Part shown: piece after piece, positions 1 through 12,699 of the stretch
Layout: each line of letters opens with the position of its first letter
Numbering within the stretch: position 1 is the first letter of the stretch
Assembly: GCA_038087875.1 (NCBI GenBank)
Contig: JAXLNO010004261.1
Coordinates: 1-64,000, forward strand
DNA length: 64,000 nt
Direction: 5' to 3'
Source: Malacoraja senta
Taxonomy: Eukaryota
Notes under the pieces: model-generated
Databases searched by the model: none
The model's input: only the letters and a program-made list of their open reading frames with translations
What the model was told of the DNA's origin: nothing
Position numbers and translations under genes: made by a program

Positions 1-1980
1 TATCCTCCCCTCCCATCCTCGTCCTCCCTTCCCCTCTTCTATCCTCTCTCCCCTCCTCCCCTTTCTGTGCCCTGCTCTCCTCTCCTTCCTCCCCTCGCCC
101 CCTCCTCTCCTCCCCCTACTCTCTCCACATCCCCCTCAATTCCAGCACCAAAGATAATTGTAATATAGTGGTGAGATTGTTCTCTCCTCTCCCCTCCTCT
201 CCCGCCCTCCCGCCCCTCGCCTCTCCCCTCATTCACTCATCTACTCCCCACATATCCTCTTTTCTTCCCCTCTCCTCCCCTCTTTGCTCCCTCTCCCTCT
301 CCCCTCACCTCACTCCTCTCCTCCTCTCTCCTCTTTCCCTGCCCCACCACTCTTCACTCCCCTCCCTCTTTTCTCCGCTCCTCTCACCTCCCCTCTCTGC
401 ACCTCCCCTCCTCATTTCTCCCTCTCCCTCTCCCCTCCCGTCTTCTCTCCCTCCTCTCTCCTCCACCCCTCCCCTCTCCTCTCCTCTCATCTTCCTCTCC
501 AGCTCTCCACCCCTTCTCACCTCTAAATGCCTCTCCTCCCCTCTCAACACCTCCCCTCCTCTCTCCTCCCCTACCCTCAAACCCAGCACCAAAAAAAATT
601 GCAAAATGGATAGGTGAGAGATTATCTCCTCTTCATTCCCCTCCCTCTCATCTTCACAACTCCCTATTCTCTCCTCTCCTCCCACCTCTCTGCTCCCCTC
701 AATCTCCCGCTCCCCTTCATAGAAACATAGAAAATAGGTGCACGAGTAGGCCATTCGGCCCTTCGCGCCTGCACCGCCATTCAATATGATCATGGCTGAT
801 CATCCAACTCAGTATCCTGTACCTGCCTTCTCTCCATACCCCCTGATCCCTTTAGCCACAAGGGCCACATCTAACTCCCTGATAAATATAGCCAATGAAC
901 TGGCCTCAACTACCTTCTGTGGCAGAGAATTCCACAGATTCACTCTCTGTGTAAAAAATGATGTTCTCATTTCCCCTCTCATCTCTCCTCCTCTTCCTCT
1001 CGCCACTACTCTCCTCCCCTCTCCCTCATTCTCTCTCCCCTCACAACTAGCACCAAAGATAATTGCAAAATGGACTAGGTGAGAGATTGTCTCCTCTCCT
1101 CTCCTCTCCTCTCTTCTCATCTCCTCCCCTCACATTTCCTCCACATACCCTCCTCTCTCCCCTCCTTTCCTCACCTCCCTTTCCTCTCCTCTCCTCTCCT
1201 CCCTGCTTCTCTTGTAAATCCTGGCCAAAATAGAGCCAAAATAAAGCAGAGGATTCATGCATTCAAAAGGCCTTTTAGCCATTTGTGTACAAGAAGCCAC
1301 AGGCTGCTAGCTGGTGCCGGGCAGTCCAGGTCCCAGATCGGTAGCTCAGATAAGGAAGGTCCAAGTGTCTTTGTAATTGTTAGTATGTATGAGAATCTTG
1401 CAGAGGAACTCCAAGGTATTGTAAATGTATGAATTTGATTGGATTGCTGCAAAGGGATTGTAAATAATGTAAATAATGTTACAAGACAGTTACTCTGCTG
1501 TTTGTTGATTGAGTGTTAAAACCTGGCAGAATTGTTTTGTGTTCCAGGGTAAATGTCCTCACCAAAGAAACTAGAGTAGTATCTTCACCAAAGATACTAG
1601 AGTAGTATCTTTGGTCCTCACTGCCCTGCATCTCTCCCCCTTCCGTTCAAATCCAGCACCAAAGATAACTAATATAGTGGAGGCGAGAGATTGTTCTCTC
1701 CTCTCCTCTCCCCCCTCCCTTCCCCTCGCCTCTCTCCTCATCCCCTCATCTATTCCCCACATCTCCTCTTTTCTTCCCCTCTCCTCCTCTCCTCTCCTCC
1801 CCTCCTCTGCTCCCTCTCCTCTCCCCATCACCTCTCCTCTCGTCTCTCCTCTCCCCTCACCTCACCTCCTCCCCTCCACTCTTCTCTCCCCTCCCCTCTT
1901 CTCTCCTCCTCTCTCTCCACCCCTCTCCACTGCCCTCCTTCCCGCTGTTCTCCACCCCATCTCTCTTCTCCTCGGCTCTC
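1..1980. repeat. CT-rich polypyrimidine low-complexity/complex satellite with recurring ~50-bp islands
   Basis: (CT/CCT)-rich tracts with the island cagcaccaaagataa...gagatt at about 143, 585, 1048 and 1653. The segment 139-580 resembles 1648-1975. Confidence 0.85.
717..962 (-). mobile_element. CR1 LINE 3' end fragment
   Basis: (catagaaa)n tail plus LWNSLPQ..VEA..L.IF coding remnant. Confidence 0.9.
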
Positions 1981-1982
1981 TT

Positions 1983-3060
1983 CTAAGGAAGTGGTTCTAG
2001 AAATTGTGGATGCATTGGTGATCATTTTCCAATGTTCTATAGATTCAGGATCAGTTCCTGTGGATTGGAGGGTAGCTGATGGTATCCCATTTTTTAAGAA
2101 AGGCGGGACAGAGAAAACAGGGAATAATAGACCAGTTAGTGGTGGGGAAGATGCTGGAGTCAATTATAAAGGATGAAATAGCGGCACATTTGGATAGCAG
2201 TAACAGGATTGGTCCGAGTCAGCATGGATTTACGAAGGGGAAATCATGCTTGACTAAACTTCTGCAATTTTTTGAGGATTTAACTACGAAGATCGACAAT
2301 GGAGAGTCAGTGGATGTAGTTTACCTGGACTTTAAGAAAACATTTGATAAGGTCCCAAATAGGAGATTATTGGGCAAAATTAGGGCACATGGTATTGAGG
2401 GTAGAGTGCTGACATGGATAGAAAATTGGCTGGCAGACAGGAAACAAAAAGTAGGGATTAACGGGTCCCTTTCAGAATGGCAGGCAGTGACTAGTGGGGT
2501 ACCACAAGGCTCGGTGCTGGGACCGCAGCTATTTACAATATACATCAATGATTTAGATGAAGGGATTCAAAGTAACATCAGCAAATTTACTGTGAGGAGG
2601 ATGCTGTGAGAATGCAGTGTGATGTGGACAGGTTGTGTGAGTGGGCATATGCTTGGCAGATGCAGTTTAATGTCGATAAATGTGAGGTTATCCACTTTGG
2701 TAACAAAAACAGGAAGGCAGATTACTATCTAAATGGCGTCACGTTGGGAAAAGGGGGAGTACAATGGGATCTGGGGGTCCTTGTTCATAGGTCAATGAAA
2801 GTAAGCATGCAGGTACAGCAGGCCATGAAGAAAGGGAATGGCATGTTGGTCTTTATAACAAGAGGAGCTGAGTATAGGAGCAAATAAGTCCTTCTGCAGT
2901 TGTACAGGGCCCTAGTGAGACCACACCTGGAGTATTGTGCGCAGTTTTGGTCCCCTAATTTGAGGAAGGACATTCTTGCTATTGAGGGAGTGCATCGTAG
3001 GTTTACAAGGTTTATTCCCGGGATGGCGGGACTGACATATGCTGAGAGAATGGACCGGCT
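1983..3060 (+). mobile_element. CR1 LINE ORF2 (RT) fragment with small deletions
   Basis: [33 protein letters not shown] and RPHLEYC.QFWSP motifs. Confidence 0.95.
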
Positions 3061-3062
3061 GA

Positions 3063-3363
3063 GTGATAAATGTCAACATCTAGAGGCTAACCTAGCACAT
3101 ACTTTTGTAAACTGTATAAAAATCAAAAATTTCTGCATTGATATTTTTAGAATAATTTCTGAAGTTATTAATACTAAATTAGATCCCGATTCAAAACTAA
3201 TAATACTTGGCATAACAGAACAAAGTCTAACACTCACAACAAACCAAAGAGACTTTCTTGACTACAGTATAATAACTGGGAAAAAATTAATACTGAAATT
3301 TTGGAAAGGCCCTATAACCCCCACAATTGAAATGTGGATTATGGAAATGTCGGAGACCCTATG
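3063..3363 (+). mobile_element. L1 ORF2 C-terminal fragment fused directly to the CR1
   Basis: CDKCQHLEANL.HTFVNC cysteine-rich motif; same family as 32400-34715. Confidence 0.85.
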
Positions 3364-4244
3364 TAGATCAGTGCATGCTCCTTTAACATAGTGACCTCAC
3401 CACTACTAACCACTCCCCATTATCTTCAGTATAATTGTAGCCTCCCCACCCCCAGCTCTCTCTCTAGCTCCGGTGACGGACCACGAACAGCTAGGGCACT
3501 ATGTGTGTGTATGATTACTATGTCTGCAATAAACTAGTAATGAAGACTTCTCCCAAGTCTTTACATGGTGTCACAAAGTCCAACCTTGCGTCTCCTGTCT
3601 ATCGTTTTTTGTTGTTGTTTTCTCCCAGTTTTTCTTTTCCAACCCTTTATTTACCATGGCCAACTCGTGTCGTAAGCCTGACATGCTGGTGTTTGACTCC
3701 GACTGAAGACCTCCTGGCGCCTGTACAATATTCTGTCGGCGTGGGGCGTTTTGGCATTTGCAATACTGAGGATCAGGACATATTTCCAAATCAGAATGGC
3801 GGTCAATTTGGATCTTGATCTGCAGGTGCTATTTTTACACGGTAGATTTCAAAGGGAGAATAGCACTAATTGCCCGCTTGGAAAGCGAAAGGGTGTTGAT
3901 TCCACCGTCCAGAGGAAAATGATTATAATTTCCCATTCAGTGGCCAAACGTAACACCAGTCCAAATGAGTCTTTTCTTCCCAGGACATAAACACTTACAG
4001 CTTCCAAGTTCGCGCGAGTCCCACTGTGTGGTCAAAAGGCTGGTGATTCAATTATTATTTGAACAGAGATTGATGGAGGAGGAGTTAGCTTGGTAAAGTT
4101 ATTGAGTGTTAAGGCAGTTTACATCTTGCTACAATACTACACCTGCAAACAACTTTGCTGACATTCACACATTTCCTAAACATGGAAGTCATATCTATAC
4201 CAAAATCCTTGATTTAAATCAGTTCATACAAACAAAAATTAAGG

Positions 4245-4500
4245 GCAGCTTCGCAGCAGCCGAACAGATGCCTCGCAGCATCTGAGACGCGGGTTTGATC
4301 CCGACTGCGGATGCTATCTGTGTGAACGTCGTAGGTTCACACTGACTGCGTGGGTTTTCTCCGGGCGCTGGTCTCCACCCACATTCCAAACTCGTGCAGG
4401 TTTATAGGTTAATTGCCCCTAGTAAGATGTGTAAGGTGCCAAGGTGGGATTAAGTCATCGAATCACACTTCGGTGAAACGGGCTTTTCGGCACAGCATGC
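4245..4500 (+). mobile_element. tRNA-derived V-SINE (HE1-like), degenerate
   Basis: B-box-like gggtttgatcc; central ggttttctccgg...cccacattccaaa...ggttaattg domain. Confidence 0.75.
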
Positions 4501-4509
4501 CCCATCTAC

Positions 4510-4950
4510 ATTATTCCCAACTCCCCACGCTTGGCTCATAACCCGCTAAACCTATCATATGCATGTACCTGTCCAATTGTCTGTTTATTGTTATGATAGT
4601 ACCTGTCTCAACCTCCTCCTCTGGCAGCCCGTTCCATATACCCACCACTCTTTGTGTAAAATATTTACCCCCCAGGTTCCTATTAAATCTCGCCACTCAC
4701 CCCCTCTCACCGTAAACCTATACCCTCTGGTTCTCGAGTCCCCTATTGTGAGCAAAAAACTCATGCGCATTTACCTGATTGATTGCTCTCATAATTTTGT
4801 AAACCTCTTTCAGATCACCCCATCCTCCTGCACTCTAAGGAATGAAATCAGAGCCTTCTCAACCTCACCCTCCCTGAACATAGACTCAGTGACTTGCAGA
4901 ACAGTTCAGCATAGGAACAGGCCCTTGGGCCCACACCTTCTGTTCTGAAC
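4510..4950 (-). mobile_element. CR1-clade 3' fragment (tail shared with the SINE)
   Basis: GKYFTQRVVGIWN.LP remnant. Confidence 0.8.
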
Positions 4951-6953
4951 GTGATGACAAGTTGAACTAATCTCCTCCACCAACACATGTTCCATATCCC
5001 TCCTTTCCCTGCATATCTATGCCTTTCAAAAGACTTCAAATGCCACTATCAAGTCTCCTTGTAAATCTTCTCTGGAGTCTTTCCAGCTGGTGTGTTAAAA
5101 ACAAAGTGCATGAAGAATTCAGTGTGTCAGGCAGCATCTGTGGTGGGAATCGACTGACAACGTTTTGAAGTCACCAGTCTGAACAAGAGTTCCAGCCTGA
5201 AATGTCGGTGGTTCATTCCATCCCACAGATGTTGCCTGACCCACTGTGTTCCTCCAACAGTTTTGCTCAACGATCCAATATCTGCAGTTTCTAGTATCCC
5301 CAGAGATCTGTTAACTGTTACCATTTAATTGCCCTATTTTATTACATTTTGTATTACATTTCTGTTAAATTATGTTGCAGTCTTGGAAATGTTTTCACCT
5401 CAGCTGCGAACCTGCATTCCTAGTGTACATTGCTACTTTAATCATGCTAAATTATGATCATTGCCATCAAAACACCTCATCACTACCACTACAATACTAC
5501 TCCATCTTGCAGCCAAGCAATACCCACCATTTTCTATACAGTCGCCTTAATACGATTTCTTAAATTAATTTGAGAACATCTGCACTCTGCTTCAGTGACA
5601 GATAATATTAAGTGTAAATTCACAACTATTTATTGTTCTGGGGTGGGTTATTTTGCACCATATAAACAGGCCAAATATTTATCCTTCCGTATCCCTAAGT
5701 TTATTTGATATACAATGATAAATACAAATCAATGGATCATTTAAATGTTTACTGTGCTGATGGAGACCATTCATCCTATCAGGCCAATGCCACCTCTCTA
5801 CTGGAGAAAATCACTTGTTCAACCCCAGCCCTTCGACTGTAGTTTTGCATGTTTTTGCTCACAATTAGTTTATCCAATTCTCTCTTTGTGATGAAACATA
5901 AATAGGATTCGGATCAATGAACGGAGAAAGAAAATTTCAGGGGTACAAATGACTATCTTTATTACATCAAAATACAAGATAAAGCGTTAAAAAAGAAATG
6001 AATCTCATGGCTTTCAGCTCAATGTGTTAAATGATAGAAGCCGTGGCAAATACCATCAAGTCTCACAGTCTTCTGCCCATTGGAGACTCCTATTTATGAT
6101 GGCTGGTATAGAGATCTGGCAGGCCCAGCCACTGTACTTCAAAAGTTCTGCATTAAATCAAGCACCGAGCTATTCTTGCATGTCTCGGAGAAAAGAAAGG
6201 TTTAACTTATCCTTTAGCTACACTGTAAATATCCTTGTAGGCTCCTCCATAATTTCCCAGTTATTCTAAGCGAGCCCTCAATCATCTAATTGTTTCCCAA
6301 AGCCAGCCTACTTGCTTACCATAAAGTGCAGTTAGCAGAAAATGTCATCATAGGTGAAAACCCTGTTTACCTTTTCCAATGCACTAAGGGCATAATGGAG
6401 CCAATTACACAACATCTACGTGCCGTACACTTGAAATTCCAAACGCACGTTGCATAGAATTCCTTGTCCACTCTCAAACCCTCCAGCAAAGCGAGCAGCC
6501 TCCCTATCCATTCTTCCCATCAAAGATTGATAATTTTCCAGAGCTCCAAGAACTTAATATGTGATTCACCACCCTCTGACTCTAGAGATTCCTCCTTATC
6601 CCTTTCTAAAGATACATCATGTTATTCTGAGAAATGTACTTGCCAAGACCATGGCATCTGCAGTTTTAGTCTCCTGATCTTAGGAAGAATGTTTTTGTTA
6701 TGCAGGGAGTGCTGTGAAGGTTCATCAGATTTCAGGGATGGGAGGACTAATGTATGAAGGGCGATTTGGGTGATTAGATTTACATTGTGATTAGGACCAT
6801 TCAAAATCAACTACAACATTCTTATGGGTCTGTACAGATTCAAGAGAGTTTTATTGTCATATGTCCCAGGTAGTACAATGAAATTCTTACTCACTGCAGC
6901 ACAATGGAATATGTAAACATAGTACATGGTAAACAATATGAAAAACGAGAAAG

Positions 6954-7108
6954 NNNNNNNNNNNNNNNNNNNNNNNNNNNNNNNNNNNNNNNNNNNNNNN
7001 NNNNNNNNNNNNNNNNNNNNNNNNNNNNNNNNNNNNNNNNNNNNNNNNNNNNNNNNNNNNNNNNNNNNNNNNNNNNNNNNNNNNNNNNNNNNNNNNNNNN
7101 NNNNNNNN
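6954..7108. other. Assembly gap (155 N)
   Basis: Run of N. Confidence 1.
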
Positions 7109-9660
7109 AAGAGGGAAATCCGGTCAGTTCAGGACCCAGTGGTCACAATCTGATGATCAGGCTTCAAGTTGAGATGAAGAGCGATTACTTCTCCCACAGA
7201 ATGATGAAGGTGTGCAATGTTATACCACTGGAAGCAGTTGAACACAGATCATTGAATTTATACAAAGAGTTATATGTTATTTGTATGGTCAAAGGATCAG
7301 AGTAATAAAAGGATCAAGGTATAAATTTTAGGTCACAATTGATCACATGGAATAATAGTTGAGGCTCAAATGCCTGAATTCCTATTACTTTTATATTCTG
7401 CATTTCAACATTTTTGTATTTATCGTGGCCACATTTCCTCTGCATCGAAGAACATGATAACTGGGATGCTTAAAAGGAACCGAGACCCTGGTGCCAATGC
7501 CTTTTTGCAGATGCATACATTGGTTTGGTGTACACAAAGCGAGGACAAATCAGAAATAATTTTCTGAACACGCCATCCATTTCTATTTCAATGTGCTTAC
7601 CCAAGATACAAAAAAACCCACTATATTAATCTATATTAAAAAATGTTTGGATAAAATAAACAAAACACGGTCATCAAATGTCCCTGGGTAAGTCATCCAC
7701 CCCTGCCCTCCACCCCTTTGAGAAGTGGCTGAAGGGAGATATTAAAATACATAAAGCTTTTAAATGAATCACTATGGTGAAAACATTTCCACCATAAAAT
7801 CCAGCAGGGAATTCGACAGAGAATGCTCCCTCTCCTCCCCTCCCACCCAATACAGGTGAGAATGAGGATCCAGATCAATGAATTGCATTCAGGGGAAGGC
7901 TGGGCAAACACAAAAGAGAAAAGAATAGTCGGTTCTACATTGGAGAATCCAGCATAGACTTGCCAACCATGTTGCAGATCGCATAAGGTGGGAAGAGGGT
8001 CATGTGGACTATATGCAGCAGTATTGGCAGGATCGGCAGAGTGGCCTGTTCCTTCACACTTGTCTCCACTACAACCTTGTATTACTTTGACTGCCAATTC
8101 ATTTTTGATCATTTTGTTCCCATTTATTCTTTAAAAAATGCAAAATCAACTTTGACGTAAGATAACTGTGATTGATGCTGTTGCAAATAAATGGAGGCCC
8201 TACATTTTCTTAACAACAATTTAATTTTGCGCCTTGCATATTATATCTTTCATATTGTATCTTGCACATTCCATATATCTTGCCTTTACTTCGCAACATG
8301 AAGCCACTATAACAACAGGGTGCAATCCAATGTGTTTACTTGGATTTCATGCCAATCTATTTCCAAAAATCTTATACGCAATGGTCTATTCATCAAGCAC
8401 ATTCTACAGGCAACTATTATTAGGTGAAATCTCAAGAGCAGAACTTGTACCAAATGAGCCACATAAAATGAACTTGATCACTGTACCACCAATCACCGTG
8501 GAAAATTTTATATTCTTATGGATGATAAATTCTCTGCATTAGATTAGAAATGTACAAAGTACAAACAATCAAGACTTTTGACATCATCAAATAACCAAGC
8601 GTTATGTAACAACATTTATTGGTGCTGTGTCTCAGACTAAATGCAGTGTTAAAACAAAATATATTCTATCCAATAATGACTGTAGCTAATGGAATCTGCA
8701 ACTAAAAACAGAAGACTGAAAGCATTCAATGGCTCAAGCAAAATTATTGGGACAAATGGTTGATGTCACAAATAGGGTCAAGAACCTGCACCAGGCCTGT
8801 GAGGGAAGAGGATGAGTTGCCAATATATAGCAATCAGGGAGGGATAGGACAGAGGCTGGTAGATCAAACATAGAACCAGATGGGGAGAGGATAATGGGTA
8901 GATGGAAACAGGTAGGAGAGGAGGAGGAAGATGCAAACAACAGGAGAATAAACTGTTCAAATGAGACAGAGGTTCACTTGCACCTCTTTCAACTTTCTCT
9001 ACTGCATTCATTACTCACACTGTGGAGAAACTAGCTTAGATGTCAACCATTTTGTAGAGCACATCCCTTTGAAGTAAAGATCATCCTGAGATCTGTTGTA
9101 TGGTATTTTAATACCCCTTCCCACTCTCACACTCACCCATCTGTCGTTAACCTTGGGCACAGAAAGTTTTAAGTAAAATATCTGATAATCCCCCTGGGTA
9201 ACTTACAAGCCGATGGTATGAATATAAAGTTTTCACATTTCAGCTTATCCATACCACTGGTGTTCATTTGTTCTCCCACAACCACCCATACACCAACTTT
9301 GCTCCATCTGCCCATCATCCCCTCCCCAGCTGATTCCACCTGCCACTTACCAGCCTCTGCCCCATTCCTCCTTCAAACTGTTAGAATCTTCCCATCCTCT
9401 CCTTCAATTCTAATGCAGTGCCTTGATTTGAAATGTTGGTATATGTCATTTGCCTCCACAGATGCTGTTTGACCAAGTACTTCCACTGGCCTTTCTTTAG
9501 TCTAAAATTCTTGTTGGAAATAACCACAAAGTCTTACTCTATCTATAATTGAAACCATTTAATTGGTGCTTGGAGAGCTTTCTAAAATCATGAGGGCGAT
9601 TGATCAGGATTTATTTTACCCAGGGTAGGGTAATCAAGAACCAGCAAAAACAGGTTTAAG

Positions 9661-10310
9661 CAGTGTTCAATGCTAATTTTTTAGGTGTCGGAGCTGTCAA
9701 ACAGGGGCATTTCAGATTTTGCTGGGCGGGGGGGGGGGCAAGCTAGTCTCCCTAGAGGGTCAAACAAGATTATAGCCTATTACTACATCCCAGTGTATAG
9801 CTAGTACATTAAAACATATAATACTTAATTTAATTATGACAAAATATTGCACGGTTGCACTCACTGATTATCATGAAATATAATTATGAAGCAAGTAAAG
9901 AAAAATACGGTTATCATGTATTTTTACAGAGGTGCCGGCAAGACACCGACTCGCCCTGACTATCCTGCAGCTCTGGGCCTTCACACACACACATACACAC
10001 ACTCACACACTCTCACCCTCACACCCATTCACCTACACACCCACCCACTCACCCACCCACCAGAGTTCCAGGCTCAGCTCCAGGCCCACAACCACAAACG
10101 ATGCACACATCACATGGTCTGTCTCTGCTGCATCATAGTGTTCCCCTCCTCCTACAGGGAACCTCAGTAGTGATGGATCTTCCCCTTACCCCTCTTTTAA
10201 TCAGGTTACCCCAACCACATCCGCTAGTTAAAATTCCACGCTGTTTATTTTTTCTTTAACAGAGGTGCCGGATCGGTGCTCAGGTGAGCTCCAGCAGCAC
10301 TGCACCCCTG
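9661..10310. mobile_element. Non-autonomous hAT-type element (MITE-like) inserted into a CR1 3' fragment (about 9560-10570)
   Basis: Ends cagtgttc...cacccctg; 8-bp flanks ggtttaag/ggtttatg (1 mismatch). Removing it restores the CR1 sequence ggtttaaggtgag. Internal (CA)n tract. Confidence 0.75.
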
Positions 10311-10589
10311 GGTTTATGGTGAGGAGGAAGATTTAGTAGGAACCTGAGAGGCAACCTTTTCTACTAAGAGGTTACTGGGTGTATGGAATGAGCTGCCAGC
10401 GAAGGCAGAATAACAACATTGAAAAGACACTTGGACAGGTACATGGATAGAACATGTTGAGAGGAAAGTGGGCCAAACGCTGGCAAATGTGACTAACCTA
10501 GATGTAGCATCTTGTTCAGCTTGGAGCATTAGGCTGAACTACCTGCTTCCATGCTATATGGCTCTATGACTCTTTGTTAGATGAACATA

Positions 10590-11130
10590 AACAGGGCAAA
10601 TGGAGTTTAATGATGGAAAATATGTGCTCACACACTCTGGTAAGAGCAATTAAAAGAAGCTATTATCTAAATGGAGTGAGATAGCAAATGAGTGGAGTAC
10701 AAGAGATTCAAGTGCTTAAAGTGCAAAACAAAAAGCCAGCAGGTAGATGCAGCACGCAACGCAGAAGGTGAGTAGCATATTGACGTTCAAAGTAGGTTAC
10801 TATTGTAATTATGGTACATGATGTTGCTAAGGACAAACCAGGAGCACTGTGCACAGCTTGGTCCTCAAATTTAAGAAAGGATATATTAATATTTGATATC
10901 AGCTAGAAGAGATTTCTGGAATAAGCAAGTGTTGCCTAACCATGAATGGCTGAAATCACTGGTTCTGTGTCCCTTGGAGATGACAAGAAACAGAGTTAAC
11001 CTTATGAATGTATTAAAGAGGCATGATGTGGTGGTGAATTGATGGATAATGCGTGGATATATTCTAAAAGAACAGGGAATTGTGTCTTATGTGGAATAAG
11101 CACAGTAAAGGAGTTGAGGCCTCAGTTATA
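10590..11130 (+). mobile_element. Old, degraded CR1 fragment
   Basis: Remnants of atggagtttaat..., tattatctaaatggag and ttggtcctcaaatttaagaaaggatat. Confidence 0.6.
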
Positions 11131-11237
11131 TCAGCTGTTATCAACATAAATTGCTAGATAGCTCTAATTTGTACAAATGCAGGGCAGACTATTGAGAATT
11201 TCTGTCATGTTTGATAAACTTAATTTAACTTTTTCCA

Positions 11238-11243
11238 TTTATT
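11238..11243 (-). promoter_or_regulatory. Candidate polyadenylation signal of the MHC-I-like gene
   Basis: tttatt on plus is AATAAA on minus, just 3' of the candidate stop. Valid only if the terminal exon call is right. Confidence 0.35.
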
Positions 11244-11294
11244 TCAGTTCCTGCATTTTAATCACATCCATGAAATCTTCTACTCAGCGATTGG

Positions 11295-11335
11295 TTAGCA
11301 GTGCACGTTCTGCTTTGGTTGAATATTTTGATAAT
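11295..11335 (-). CDS. Candidate terminal cytoplasmic exon (DYQNIQPKQNVHC*)
   Basis: Strong acceptor tctaatatttaatttccctcctcag|AT. Phase 1 is compatible with the TM exon; the frame gives a YxxI motif then TAA, with AATAAA about 52 nt downstream. Requires a 13.1-kb intron and has no transcript support. Confidence 0.5.
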
Positions 11336-11469
11336 CTGAGGAGGGAAATTAAATATTAGACAACAAAGAAATGGCATAGCAGAGAACAGAACTCAGAAAG
11401 ATGCAACTAGTTTATTCGCTTTAACTGTTGATTCATCCCACATAACATCTTCCTACCAGATATAAAGGC

Positions 11470-11715
11470 ACAGCGCCAGACACCTGGGTTTGATCCTGAC
11501 CACGGGTGATGTCTGTACGGAATTTGTACCTTCTCCCTGTGACTGCATAGGTTTTCTCCAGGTGCTCCAGTTTCCTCCCACATTCCAAAGACAGATGTGC
11601 AGGTTTGTAGGTTAATTGACTTGTGTTCCTAGCTTATGTGGGTGATCATTGGTTGGTGCGGACTCAGTGGGCCAAAGTGTCTGTTTCAATGCTCTCTCTC
11701 TGAACTAAACAAAAA
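11470..11715 (+). mobile_element. V-SINE (HE1-like)
   Basis: gggtttgatcctgac...ggtttcctcccaca...gtgggccaaag...ctaaac tail. Confidence 0.85.
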
Positions 11716-11759
11716 ACTCAATACTCCTTCAAATAGTTTCGTTCACACAAGTTCTATGT

Positions 11760-11965
11760 TATCTAACTTTCGCTTCCACACTAGGGTCAAATTACAGAGA
11801 CCAATTAACCCATAAACCTGGCATCTTTAGTATGTGTGTGAAAACTGGAGGACAGTGGAAACCCATGCGGTCATAGGGAATACATGCAAACTTCACACAG
11901 CCGACAACCGAGGTTATGATTGAACTGACGTCTATGACGCACTGAGGCAGCAGCTCTATCAGCAG
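11760..11965 (-). mobile_element. V-SINE (HE1-like)
   Basis: Reverse-complement match to the SINE head and central domain. Confidence 0.75.
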
Positions 11966-12699
11966 CACCACTCTGCCTCAGGTTGTGTCATGTTCAGCAC
12001 AAACGTTGTTGGACAAAGGACCTGTTCCTCTATTACAGGGGCATTCCCATTCATCGTAAAATTCAGCGAACTCAGCACCATTGGGTCACTGGAAATATTC
12101 CCTGCCTGACCATCAGATCCCTCCAGATGAGTCGGACAGACACCAGTTAGGCAGCATCTGCCTGCAAATGATTCATGTCCCTCAAACCCCTGCATCTCCA
12201 TGCACCCACGAAGGTGCACGCCAGACGCCACCATCCCTGGCAGTGCTTTCCAGGCACACACTGTCCTTCCTGTATATATTGTCCTTCGTACGATATTGTC
12301 TGTATTATTTATTATTTATTGTGGTGTATGTGGTGGATGTATTGTACTGAATTGTATTTGTCTGAGAGCGAACCAAGACACATTCCTATCAACTTGTTGA
12401 CATGGCAATAAACTTCTTGAACTTGAACTTGAACACACCACATAGTATGTAATAAAAACTTGCCCTTTTAAAAAACTGCAGCTTCTACCCTGCACTGAAT
12501 ATAATGCAATAAGTTAAATGCCATAGTAGGCATTTAGTTAATTGGGATAATTTTAGTTAATTGGGAGGTGTGATTGCAAATCTTGTACAATATCATAAAC
12601 CAAGTAAAATGTGACAAAGTCAAAATGGCCAGGCACAAAGAACAGAATAATCATGAACATCAATAACATGTCAATAACTAGACTCTCCTAGTGGCAGCA

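Noticed and set aside
39-2176. Long Pro/Ser/Leu and Gly/Glu/Arg ORFs
   Set aside because: These are translations of CT/GA low-complexity DNA.
3878-3895. ISRE-like GAAAGCGAAAG
   Set aside because: It is a single short motif with no associated exon or SXY module and lies far 3' of the MHC gene, so a chance match is likely.
6300-8550. Stop-free stretches and splice-like sites in apparently unique sequence
   Set aside because: No recognisable protein motifs and no consistent exon chain by eye; tBLASTx or RNA-seq would be needed.
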